Assembly (NCBI GenBank): GCA_963677895.2 | Contig: CAXXGJ010000017.1 | Span: 64,001-128,000, forward strand | DNA from: Treponemataceae bacterium | GTDB taxonomy: Bacteria > Spirochaetota > Spirochaetia > Treponematales > Rectinemataceae | Direction of reading: 5' to 3' | Length of the DNA stretch: 64,000 bases | Part shown: positions 50,034 through 58,442 of the stretch, one piece after another | Layout: every line of letters begins with the position of its first letter | Position numbering within the stretch: the stretch's first letter is position 1 | The notes under the pieces: model-generated | Database searches by the model: none | What the model saw: only the letters and a program-made list of their open reading frames with translations | Told to the model about the DNA's origin: nothing | Made by a program: the position numbers and the translations under genes

Positions 50034-51670
50034 TAGCCCAACCTTTCGGGTACAGTATAGACGATAGGCGATACAGCGCTGATCCTTCCGACGAGGGTCA
50101 GCTTCTTTTCGACCGCGAGAGAAAACGCGGCCGTGGTGGGAATGCTTCGCGAAACCACCAGGGGAATGCCCGCTGCGACAGCCTTGGCCGCCATGTCCGC
50201 GGCGATGCGGCCGGAACTGATGAGGCAGCTTCGCGAAAAATCCACTTTTTCGCGAAGCCCGCGTCCTATGGCCTTGTCGACGGCGTTGTGTCTGCCAACG
50301 TCCTCGAAGGTGAATACTAGTCCATTTTCGGGGACGAGAGCGGCGCAGTGCATACCGCCCGTCGTCTTGTACAGCTTGGCCTGGTCGAACATCTCCCGCG
50401 CCCAATCGCGCAGCGATGCCATGGCGAAGGTCCGTGACGGAGAAAGACGGGCGAGCCTGTCGCCATGAAAAATCGAAGCCGGACTCGCGCCGCAGGCCGA
50501 GGGGACGACGGCAAAGCCGGACTCGTGGGCGATATCATGGACGCATTTGATGTGCACGCGCGAATTGTCGGGACAAACCCACAGACTCAGGACTTCGTCC
50601 ATGGACGCGATGAGCCCGCCGCTGAAAAGGTGGCCCAAGGCGAGAACCTCCAGATCGAAGGGACTGCACATAAGCGTAACGATGTCCTTTCCATTCACCT
50701 CGAGCGTGACGGCACTTTCCGGAGCCAGGAGGCGGTTCCTCGGATCGGGAGGAACATCGTTTTCCCGCGCCATAGCGTCCTCGGATTGACGCGTCTTCTC
50801 GCCATTATGTCTTGAAACTATAGTATTCATGGCCAGGCCGGCGAGGAGAAGGAGCGTACCCAGGAGTTTTTTCCATTCAAGGCTTCCTCCCAGGGCAAAT
50901 TCGATGAGTATGCCGGCGAAAGCCTGGCCCGAAAACACGAGCAGCGTAGCGGAAAAAGCCCTTATCCGGGGGAAGATGAGGTTCATGGAGGTGACGACCA
51001 CCACGCCCATGCAGCCTCCCCCGAGCGCGAGAAAGGGACCCGCGGCCGCGACAGACCGCAGCATGTCAGCGACATCGGGCCTGACCAGGGCTACGATGAG
51101 CGATGTCGTGACGAGACCGACGACATAATTGGCGCGCGTGCTTCGCAGGACGCCCTTCTTTCGGCCCAGCTCGGAGTTCAACGCGAAGGAGAGCGCGGGG
51201 AAAGCGCCGGCCGCGAGGGCCGCGGCCATGGCGGAAACATCGGCGCGCCAATGGCCGCCCGACATCACGGCCACGCCAGCCACCGCCAGGAGAAGACTTG
51301 GCGCGCTTCGGAGGCTCAAGGGGTATTTCTTCCTGCCCAGGAGCCCTGTGGCGTCGATGAGGACCGAGAACAATGTCTGGCCGAGAAGCGCGAGCGATAC
51401 GGTCAGCGAGGCGCCGAGTATGCCGAAAGCGTAGTTGTTGGAAAAAACCGTTCCGACGCCTATAAATCCGCCGAGGTAGTAATAAAACGGCAGCCTGCCC
51501 GGTTGGCGCGCTTCCCGTTTCAGCAACAGCGCGACCGATACAGCGACGAGTCCCGCCAGATGAATGAAGAGCACGGCGGCAAGGCTGCCGGCGATCGCGG
51601 AAAAACGGCTGTTCAGGCCGTTCATCAACGTTATGAGAGCGCCGACGAGAGGCGCTAACGCGCTGTACAT
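50033..51670 (-). CDS. Fusion ORF: double DMT (YdcZ/DUF606-like) transporter plus FdhD-like sulfurtransferase
   Basis: aa 1-285 hydrophobic with two YdcZ-like repeats ('NGLNSRF', 'GQ..FS.LID..GL.G'); aa 300-545 FdhD motifs 'TGGMHCAA', 'EDVGRHNAVDK', 'SGR', 'SIPT'. Confidence 0.8.
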   Translation of the reverse strand: MYSALAPLVGALITLMNGLNSRFSAIAGSLAAVLFIHLAGLVAVSVALLLKREARQPGRLPFYYYLGGFIGVGTVFSNNYAFGILGASLTVSLALLGQTLFSVLIDATGLLGRKKYPLSLRSAPSLLLAVAGVAVMSGGHWRADVSAMAAALAAGAFPALSFALNSELGRKKGVLRSTRANYVVGLVTTSLIVALVRPDVADMLRSVAAAGPFLALGGGCMGVVVVTSMNLIFPRIRAFSATLLVFSGQAFAGILIEFALGGSLEWKKLLGTLLLLAGLAMNTIVSRHNGEKTRQSEDAMARENDVPPDPRNRLLAPESAVTLEVNGKDIVTLMCSPFDLEVLALGHLFSGGLIASMDEVLSLWVCPDNSRVHIKCVHDIAHESGFAVVPSACGASPASIFHGDRLARLSPSRTFAMASLRDWAREMFDQAKLYKTTGGMHCAALVPENGLVFTFEDVGRHNAVDKAIGRGLREKVDFSRSCLISSGRIAADMAAKAVAAGIPLVVSRSIPTTAAFSLAVEKKLTLVGRISAVSPIVYTVPERLG

Positions 51671-51704
51671 ATGACGGTCTCCATATTCATATCCTGCCCG
51701 AGGC

Positions 51705-53012
51705 TCAGCGTTCGCGGATGAGGAGGTCCTCGTATGTTTCGCGGCGCACGGAAAGGCGATGCGAACCGTCCCTGGTCATGACGACGGCGGGACGGGGAAT
51801 GCGATTGTAGTTAGAGGCCATGGAGTGGTTGTATGCGCCCGTGGAGAAAACGGCGAGGATGTCGCCCGGTTCTGGATCGGGCAGATCGATGTCGCGTATG
51901 AGGATATCCCCCGTTTCGCAGCACTTGCCCACCACCGTCACCGTGGTACAGCTCGCCCCAACCCGATCCGCCTTATTGGCGCAGAGAGCATGGTATTTAG
52001 CCTCGTAGAGAGCCGGGCGGATGTTGTCGGCCATGCCCCCGTCGACGCCAACGTAGGTGCGTATGCCGGGTATCGTCTTGACGGAACGGAGGGTATACAA
52101 CGTGATGCCCGCTTCGCCGATGATCCAGCGGCCCGGTTCGATCGTCACCCTAGGCATGGGGATCCCCGTTTCCTCGGCGGCGCCGCGCACCAGTTCCATC
52201 ATGGGATCGATGAAGTAGCCGAGGCTCAGCTCGGGATCGCCAGGGAGATAGCGGATGCCGAAGCCTCCGCCGAGGTTGAGCTCGGAGGTCGCATAACCAT
52301 AGCCGGTCTTTACGTCGGCCATGAGTTTCAGCGCTATCCGCAGCGCCGCGAGGTGGGAAAAGTTGTCGTGTAGCTGGGATCCTATATGGAAATGAAATCC
52401 CCTGAAATCGATGTGCGGCGCGTCCAGCACGGCGCGCATATAGAGGTCGCGCAACGACGGGTCGAGAGGAATCCCGAATTTGGAATCCAGGCTCCCGGTG
52501 GAAATGAAGCGGTGCGTATGGCTGTCGACGCCCGGCGTGATCCTGTAGAGCACCCGGATTTTTTTGCCGTAGAGCTCCCCCAGCCTTTCGATTTCTTCGA
52601 TTTCGAAGAGGTTGTCGGATACTATGCGCCCGACATTGGAGCGAATGGCGTAATCGAGTTCGTCGGCCGCCTTGGCGTTGCCGTGAAAAATTATGGTCTC
52701 CGGGTCTATGCCGGCCTTGAGCGCCGCGTAGAGTTCGCCGCCGGAGACGACGTCGAGCCCTAAGCCTTCGTCGGCGACGATCCTGCACATGTCGAGGGTC
52801 TGGAAGGCCTTGCTCGCGTACACCGCCGAGGTATTGGGATACTTTTCCAGAAAAGCCGATCTGATGAGGCCGCAGCGCTCCCTCACCATGGATTCGGAAA
52901 CGACATAGAGGGGAGTACCGTAATGAGCGGCCAGTTCCGTGGCGTCGACGCCATCGAAATAAAGCTTGCTTCCGCAGATTTCCGCGCGGGAATTGAATCC
53001 TGATATGCTCAT
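51705..53012 (-). CDS. lysA: Diaminopimelate decarboxylase
   Basis: 'YASKA' (PLP Lys), 'HFHIGSQ', 'EPGR', 'CCETGD', 'GAY..SMASNYN'; alternative GTG start at 53027. Confidence 0.93.
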   Translation of the reverse strand: MSISGFNSRAEICGSKLYFDGVDATELAAHYGTPLYVVSESMVRERCGLIRSAFLEKYPNTSAVYASKAFQTLDMCRIVADEGLGLDVVSGGELYAALKAGIDPETIIFHGNAKAADELDYAIRSNVGRIVSDNLFEIEEIERLGELYGKKIRVLYRITPGVDSHTHRFISTGSLDSKFGIPLDPSLRDLYMRAVLDAPHIDFRGFHFHIGSQLHDNFSHLAALRIALKLMADVKTGYGYATSELNLGGGFGIRYLPGDPELSLGYFIDPMMELVRGAAEETGIPMPRVTIEPGRWIIGEAGITLYTLRSVKTIPGIRTYVGVDGGMADNIRPALYEAKYHALCANKADRVGASCTTVTVVGKCCETGDILIRDIDLPDPEPGDILAVFSTGAYNHSMASNYNRIPRPAVVMTRDGSHRLSVRRETYEDLLIRER

Positions 53013-53137
53013 AATGGCATTGTACACGATCCTCAGGCGAAGATTAAGAGTGCCGAAATGTTTTCAATATGGAAAATCCGGCGGCCAGCGGGTATACTTC
53101 GCCCAATATCGCCGACGGCGACGCTTTTATCTAGGGG

Positions 53138-53860
53138 ATGACCATGAAACCACGCATCGGACTCACCACCTTCATCGATCCGCAGGCGCGGGCGAATTAT
53201 GTTTCGCTCAGCGAACACTATACCCGTTCGGTCAGGGACTCGGGCGGCATTCCCTTTCCCATTCCGCTCGTCGAGGACCCGAGTATGGCGGAAGATTATG
53301 TCTCGAACATCAATGGCCTCCTTCTGACGGGAGGCAAGGATATCGATCCCGTTTATTATGGCCAGGATCCCCTTGTCGGGATCGGTCCTTTCGGCGCGGG
53401 ACGCGACGCGTGGGAGATGGCGCTGTTCGCCGCGGCGGCCAGGAAAGCCTTGCCTATTTTCGGAATCTGCAGAGGATGTCAGCTCATCAACGTGGCGATG
53501 GGAGGAACGCTTTTTCAGGATCTGAAAACGCAACGGCCGGGCACGAATGCCCATAGTCCGGAGGATTTCCCCGTGGACAGGCTTTACCATTCCGTCGAAC
53601 TCAAGGAAGGATCGATGCTTCATTGCACCTTCGGAAAAACTTCCCTGCGGGTGAACAGCTTTCATCATCAGGCCGTCAGGGATCTGGCGCCGGGACTGAA
53701 AGCCTCGGCTTTTGCCGCCGACGGCGTCCTGGAAGGTTTCGAGGCGGCGGACGCTTCGCGCTTTCTCGTAGCAGTGCAGTTCCATCCGGAAAGCCTCACG
53801 CTGAGATTTCCGGAATTCCTCGCTCTTTTCAGGGCTTTCGTGGAAGCTGCAGGAGGCTGA
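53138..53860 (+). CDS. Peptidase C26 / gamma-glutamyl amide hydrolase (PuuD-like)
   Basis: 'LLLTGG.DIDP', nucleophile 'GICRG', 'VNSFHHQ', 'VQFHPE'. Confidence 0.9.
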   Translation: MTMKPRIGLTTFIDPQARANYVSLSEHYTRSVRDSGGIPFPIPLVEDPSMAEDYVSNINGLLLTGGKDIDPVYYGQDPLVGIGPFGAGRDAWEMALFAAAARKALPIFGICRGCQLINVAMGGTLFQDLKTQRPGTNAHSPEDFPVDRLYHSVELKEGSMLHCTFGKTSLRVNSFHHQAVRDLAPGLKASAFAADGVLEGFEAADASRFLVAVQFHPESLTLRFPEFLALFRAFVEAAGG

Positions 53861-53946
53861 GGACGGGCTCCGGAGGGTTCTCTGGAAGTTCCAGGAGGCT
53901 GAGGAAGGCCTCCGGAGAGTTCTCTGGAAGTTCCCGGAGGCTGAGG
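53841..53946. repeat. 42-bp tandem repeat, 2.5 copies, starting inside the 3' end of the C26 gene
   Basis: TGGAAGCTGCAGGAGGCTGAGGACGGGCTCCGGAGGGTTCTC / TGGAAGTTCCAGGAGGCTGAGGAAGGCCTCCGGAGAGTTCTC / TGGAAGTTCCCGGAGGCTGAGG. Confidence 0.85.
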
Positions 53947-54003
53947 GCCGGCAAGAGGGCGCCTAGAGGCGCAATTTCCGGAAAAAGGGCGTCCATACAA
54001 TTT

Positions 54004-55083
54004 TCAACCGGCGAAGGGCGACTCCAGCAGTTCAAGGCTGCGCGCATCGGTGTTCATCCTGTAACGGAGACCGAGCGGCAGGGTCAGGGTCGGGGCGCAG
54101 TGCCCCGCCTCGATGCCCGCGAGAACGGGCTTTCCGCAGGGCAGGATCAGGTCGCGAAGGATTTCCTCGATCGTCAGCGAACGTTTGCCCTCGGCGGGGG
54201 CGCAGCGGGTCCAGGCGCCGATCGCGACGCCCGCGCAGTCTTCGAATTTACCCGCCAGGCGCAGCTGGTTCAGCATCCTGTCGATACGGTAGGGCGCCTC
54301 GTCGACATCCTCGATGAATATGATTTTTCCCCGCGCGTCGAGCTCCCAGGGCGTACCGATGGTGGCCGCGATGAGGGAAAGATTGCCTCCCGTGAGTTCG
54401 CCTTCGGCGATTCCGCCCGAAAGGGTATGAAAAGGACGGCCAGAGGGGTTTGTGAGGCGGAGGATCGGGGATGCGGTGGCGGTGGCGGTGGCGGTGGCGG
54501 CAACGGAGGCCGGGGCGGCTGCCGCTGGGGTGGCAATCGAGGCCAGGCCGGCGGTTTCTGGAAGCCCAAAAAGCGCTGCTTCCAGGGAAGCCCTCGAAGC
54601 CGGATCGAACTCGGGGACCATGTCGGAGGAAGGCATGGGGCCATGGAAGGTGACAAGACCAGCCAATTGGCGAAACGCGGTGTGGAGGGCGGTTATGTCG
54701 CTGTAGCCCAGAAAAACCTTGGGATGGGCGGCGATGATCGAGTAGTCGATGAGATCGAGAATGCGCGGCGTTCCATAGCCGCCTTTGAGGCAGATCACGG
54801 CGCTGGTACCCGGATCGAGAAAGGCGAGTTCCAGCTCGCGAGCCCGGGTCGCGTCTTCTCCGGCGAGGTAGCCATAGGCGTCGGCGCAATGGGGCGAAGC
54901 CTTAACCTTGAAGCCGAGGTCTGAAAGGGCCCGTATGGAGGCTTCGACCCGGTCGGGGCCGCTGGCTGAGCCCGAGGGGGCTATGAGGGAAACTGTGTCG
55001 CCTCGGAGCAGCCGGCGCGGCTTGAGGCGCCGCGGAGCGGGCACGGGCCGGCAGGAAGCCGCGCCGGCGGCAGCGGCCTTCAC
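54004..55083 (-). CDS. ldcA: LD-carboxypeptidase (peptidase S66, muramoyltetrapeptide carboxypeptidase-like)
   Basis: Triad motifs 'GYSDIT', 'IEDVDE', 'AGH'; 'GGNLS'; GTG start in a GTGA overlap with the upstream stop. Confidence 0.9.
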   Translation of the reverse strand: MKAAAAGAASCRPVPAPRRLKPRRLLRGDTVSLIAPSGSASGPDRVEASIRALSDLGFKVKASPHCADAYGYLAGEDATRARELELAFLDPGTSAVICLKGGYGTPRILDLIDYSIIAAHPKVFLGYSDITALHTAFRQLAGLVTFHGPMPSSDMVPEFDPASRASLEAALFGLPETAGLASIATPAAAAPASVAATATATATASPILRLTNPSGRPFHTLSGGIAEGELTGGNLSLIAATIGTPWELDARGKIIFIEDVDEAPYRIDRMLNQLRLAGKFEDCAGVAIGAWTRCAPAEGKRSLTIEEILRDLILPCGKPVLAGIEAGHCAPTLTLPLGLRYRMNTDARSLELLESPFAG

Positions 55084-56267
55084 GAACGCTTTCCGAGCAG
55101 CCTGGAGACCAGGCCCGCCTGCATGGCGACGCCGATAGGCAGGCAGTCTTCGTCTATATCGAAGGCATTGGAATGCAGAGCCGCCGTAATCCCCTTCCGG
55201 GGGTTGCCGCAACCGAGATGGTAGAAAGAGCCTGGCTTTTCCTGGACGAAGAAGGAAAAATCCTCGACGCCCATGCTCGCCTTATCGCGCCAGATTATAG
55301 AATCAGGACCCAGCAGATCCTTCGCCTCCTCGGCGATGAGATCCACCACCCAATCGTGGTTGATGAGCGCCGCATAGCCCGCGACGATTTCGACTTCACC
55401 GGATCCCCCGAAGGCGACAGGCAGGTTGGCGACGATGGCCCTCACCCTCTCCGCGATTTCCGCTCTTACCTGAGGATTCGTCGTTCTTATGGTGCCCGTC
55501 ATCCTCACCTCGTCGGCGATGATGTTGTTGCGGGTGCCTCCCTGGATGGTTCCGAGCGTAAGCACGGCTTCCTGGAGGGGAGAGACGTAGCGGGAAACCA
55601 CCGAATGGAGCGCGTCCACTACCTTGGCCGCTATCATGATGGCGTCGATGCCCGTGCTGGGATAGGCGGCATGAGCTCCCTTGCCCCGTATGGTGACGCC
55701 GAGAAAATCGGAGGAGCCATTGAGGGCCCCATGCTTCAGCTCGACCTTTCCCGTCGGCACATCCGGCATGACATGGAGCCCTATGACAAAATCGACATGG
55801 GGATTCTCGAGACAGCCGTCGGCGATCATCTTCGCCGCCCCGCCCGTCGTCTCTTCTGCGGGCTGGAAAAGAAACTTGACCGATCCCTCCAGCTTGTTCC
55901 GATGCTCCATCCAGTATTTCGCCGTGCCCAAAGCGATCGTCATATGGGCGTCGTGGCCGCAAGCGTGCATGTAACCCTTGTGGAGGGACGCATAGACGCG
56001 ATCGGCGGATTCATTCACCGGCAAGGCATCCATGTCCGCCCTCACGCCGACCACTTTGCCGGATTTTTTTCCCTCGACGAGCGCCACGATGGAGGTTCGC
56101 CTTTTTTCGTAGGGGACACCAAGTTCTTCCAGGATGCCGCAGACCGCTTCCTGCGTCTCGAACTCGGCGTCGCCGGCTTCAGGTATCCGGTGGAGAGTCC
56201 TACGCGTCTGGACGAGCCAGTCCTTCATCGTTTTCATTGCTTCCAGCAATTCCTTACCTGTCGACAT
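55080..56267 (-). CDS. M20D amidohydrolase (N-acyl-amino acid / N-acetyl-DAP deacetylase-like)
   Basis: 'RADMDAL', 'MHACGHDAH', 'FQPAEE', 'EDF'; start after AAGGAG. Confidence 0.88.
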   Translation of the reverse strand: MSTGKELLEAMKTMKDWLVQTRRTLHRIPEAGDAEFETQEAVCGILEELGVPYEKRRTSIVALVEGKKSGKVVGVRADMDALPVNESADRVYASLHKGYMHACGHDAHMTIALGTAKYWMEHRNKLEGSVKFLFQPAEETTGGAAKMIADGCLENPHVDFVIGLHVMPDVPTGKVELKHGALNGSSDFLGVTIRGKGAHAAYPSTGIDAIMIAAKVVDALHSVVSRYVSPLQEAVLTLGTIQGGTRNNIIADEVRMTGTIRTTNPQVRAEIAERVRAIVANLPVAFGGSGEVEIVAGYAALINHDWVVDLIAEEAKDLLGPDSIIWRDKASMGVEDFSFFVQEKPGSFYHLGCGNPRKGITAALHSNAFDIDEDCLPIGVAMQAGLVSRLLGKRS

Positions 56268-56307
56268 TCCAGACTCCTTAAGTTTTACCGGCGCGCGGAC
56301 CAGCGGA

Positions 56308-57504
56308 CTAGAACCGCCGCAGCGTCGATCCCGAGAGACGATTATCCAGAGCGACAACCTTCCCGCTTCGCGTATACAAGCGCGGGACCCTTCTTCCGAT
56401 ACCGCACAGCAGCTCGTTCCTGTTGGTGGATCCCCATTCGGAAGCTTCGTTCAGGCTTATGGCCCCTCCTCCCAGAAGGATCACTTCATCGCCTTCGGCA
56501 ACGCCATCGACAGCTCCCACGTCCACCATAGTCTGGTCCATGCAGACCAGGCCAACTACCATCGCCCTCTTCCCCCTGATGAAGACCTGAGCCTTGTTGC
56601 CGAAGCGCCGGGGATAGCCGTCGGCGTACCCGACTGGAAGCGTGGCCACAAGCGTGCCTCCCTTCGGAGCCTGCCATGAATCGTCGTAGGAAACCATTTC
56701 GCCCTCTTCCAGCCGCCTGATTCTCGCGATCCGCGTGACGAAAGTTCCCGCCGGGGGGAATGGGTACGCATCGTATTCAGCCCCCATTCTCGAAGGCCTG
56801 ACGCCGAAAAACGCCGCCCCTACCCTGACCATGTCGAGCCTGAATTCGGGGTACCGGACGGCGCCTATGCTATCGCAGACATGGCGCTGCCCGGTTGGAA
56901 TGCCCTTCGCGGCACAGCCGGCCAAAATTTCATTATAGGCCGCGAATTGAGCCATATCCGATTCCCGATCGCGAAGCGCGAGATGAGTAAAAATCCCACG
57001 CAGATCCAGTCCCGGCATTCCCGCGATAGTCCCGATTATTCCGACGGTATCCTCGTAAGGCTTCATGCCCAGCCGGTTCATCCCTGTATCCAGCTTGATA
57101 TGGACGGGAAGAACCGCGCCTGCCTTGACCGCCGCGTCGGAAAAAGCCCCGGCGTTCTTCGCGTCAAACAAGGTGGGCATAATTCGATGCTCGACGGCAA
57201 GGCCGGCAAATTCCTCTGGTGTATGCCCCATGACGAGGAGATCGGCATCGGGAAAGGCCATCCGCAGCTCGAGGGCTTCGGAAATCGTGGCGACGGCGAG
57301 CAGGTCGGCGCCGGCCGCCAGCAGCGTCCCGCCGATCATCACGGCGCCGTGCCCGTAGGCGTCTGCCTTGATGACGGCGGCGATCTTCACCGTATCTCCT
57401 ACGATAGTCTTCATATCCCGGAAATTGGATTCCACGACATCGAGATCGATGGAATAATAGGTCTGTCGGCCCAGACTTCTCAGGATATCGCCGCCGGGCT
57501 TCAT
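56308..57504 (-). CDS. Alanine-racemase-family PLP racemase, second and divergent copy
   Basis: 'VIKADAYGHG', 'DTGMNRLG', 'VSY', 'GYADG', 'CMDQ'; C-terminal TNRNE in place of TIxYE; start at the TAATG overlap with dapF. Confidence 0.88.
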   Translation of the reverse strand: MKPGGDILRSLGRQTYYSIDLDVVESNFRDMKTIVGDTVKIAAVIKADAYGHGAVMIGGTLLAAGADLLAVATISEALELRMAFPDADLLVMGHTPEEFAGLAVEHRIMPTLFDAKNAGAFSDAAVKAGAVLPVHIKLDTGMNRLGMKPYEDTVGIIGTIAGMPGLDLRGIFTHLALRDRESDMAQFAAYNEILAGCAAKGIPTGQRHVCDSIGAVRYPEFRLDMVRVGAAFFGVRPSRMGAEYDAYPFPPAGTFVTRIARIRRLEEGEMVSYDDSWQAPKGGTLVATLPVGYADGYPRRFGNKAQVFIRGKRAMVVGLVCMDQTMVDVGAVDGVAEGDEVILLGGGAISLNEASEWGSTNRNELLCGIGRRVPRLYTRSGKVVALDNRLSGSTLRRF

Positions 57505-58442
57505 TATTTCCCGCCCGCCAGACGGGGATTCCCGCCCCCGAGGGCGCCAAAATTCTTCAGGCTCAGTATCATCGCCTCCGAGAACCGCCCTTCGTAAATA
57601 CAGAGCGCGGGACCCGTCATCAGCACCGATGGGCGGGAAAGATCGAGCGAAAGAATCCCGCCGGGCATATGCACCCGGACGAGCCCCTCGACCAATCCCA
57701 GCTTTTTGGCGACGCTCGCCGCGGCGCAGGAGGAAGAGCCGCTCGCCAGCGTATAGCCCGCCCCCCTCTCCCATATCTCTATCCGCAGGTTGTGCCTGTC
57801 CATCACTGTCGCGAACTGCACATTGGTCCGCTCGGGAAAGAGCCGATGATTCTCGACGAGGGGACCCAGGCGTTTCGCCAGCTCAGGCGTCGGGTTTTCG
57901 GCAAAAATGACGCAGTGTGGATTGCCCATGGAGACGAAGGTCGCGGAAACGCTTTCGGTTCCCAGATCCAGCTTCCCCTGGACGAATTCCGGAAAATCGG
58001 TCGCGAGTCCGGCGGCGGATGCCGAAAAAGAAGGCTCGCCCATATCCACCTTTATGCGAGGCGGATCGAGGCTTTCGACCTTAGCCAGAACCCTGCCGCC
58101 TTTCGTGCCCACGGGAAATTCCTCGCCGTTCACGTAGCCTTGTTCCGCGAGGAATAGGCAGAAAATCCTCAGCCCATTGCCGCTCTTTTCGGCTTCGGAA
58201 CCATCCGGATTGAAGATCCTGACCCATGGAGTCGCGGCGAGGCCGAGGAGGCCGGCGGGCATGCCCGCGAGATCGTTTTCGGAGGCGAGAGGTCCCAGCA
58301 GTATGCCGTCGGAACCGGCGCCCATGTTCCTGTCGCAGATCGCCCGCACGGCGTCGGCCACGGGCACGAAGGGAAATTCCCTTGGGTCGATGACGATATA
58401 ATCGTTGCCCAGGGCATGGTATTTCCTGAACTCAGCCGACAT
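57504..58442 (-). CDS. dapF: Diaminopimelate-epimerase-family protein with Ser/Ser at the catalytic positions
   Basis: 'KYHALGNDY', 'GSDG', 'FNPDGSEAEKSGNG', 'SMGNPHCV', 'FPERTNV', 'WERGAGYTLASGSS'. Confidence 0.85.
   Translation of the reverse strand: MSAEFRKYHALGNDYIVIDPREFPFVPVADAVRAICDRNMGAGSDGILLGPLASENDLAGMPAGLLGLAATPWVRIFNPDGSEAEKSGNGLRIFCLFLAEQGYVNGEEFPVGTKGGRVLAKVESLDPPRIKVDMGEPSFSASAAGLATDFPEFVQGKLDLGTESVSATFVSMGNPHCVIFAENPTPELAKRLGPLVENHRLFPERTNVQFATVMDRHNLRIEIWERGAGYTLASGSSSCAAASVAKKLGLVEGLVRVHMPGGILSLDLSRPSVLMTGPALCIYEGRFSEAMILSLKNFGALGGGNPRLAGGK

Noticed and set aside
53841..53946. Possible CRISPR array
   Set aside because: Units are contiguous tandem copies without unique spacers, and no cas genes are nearby
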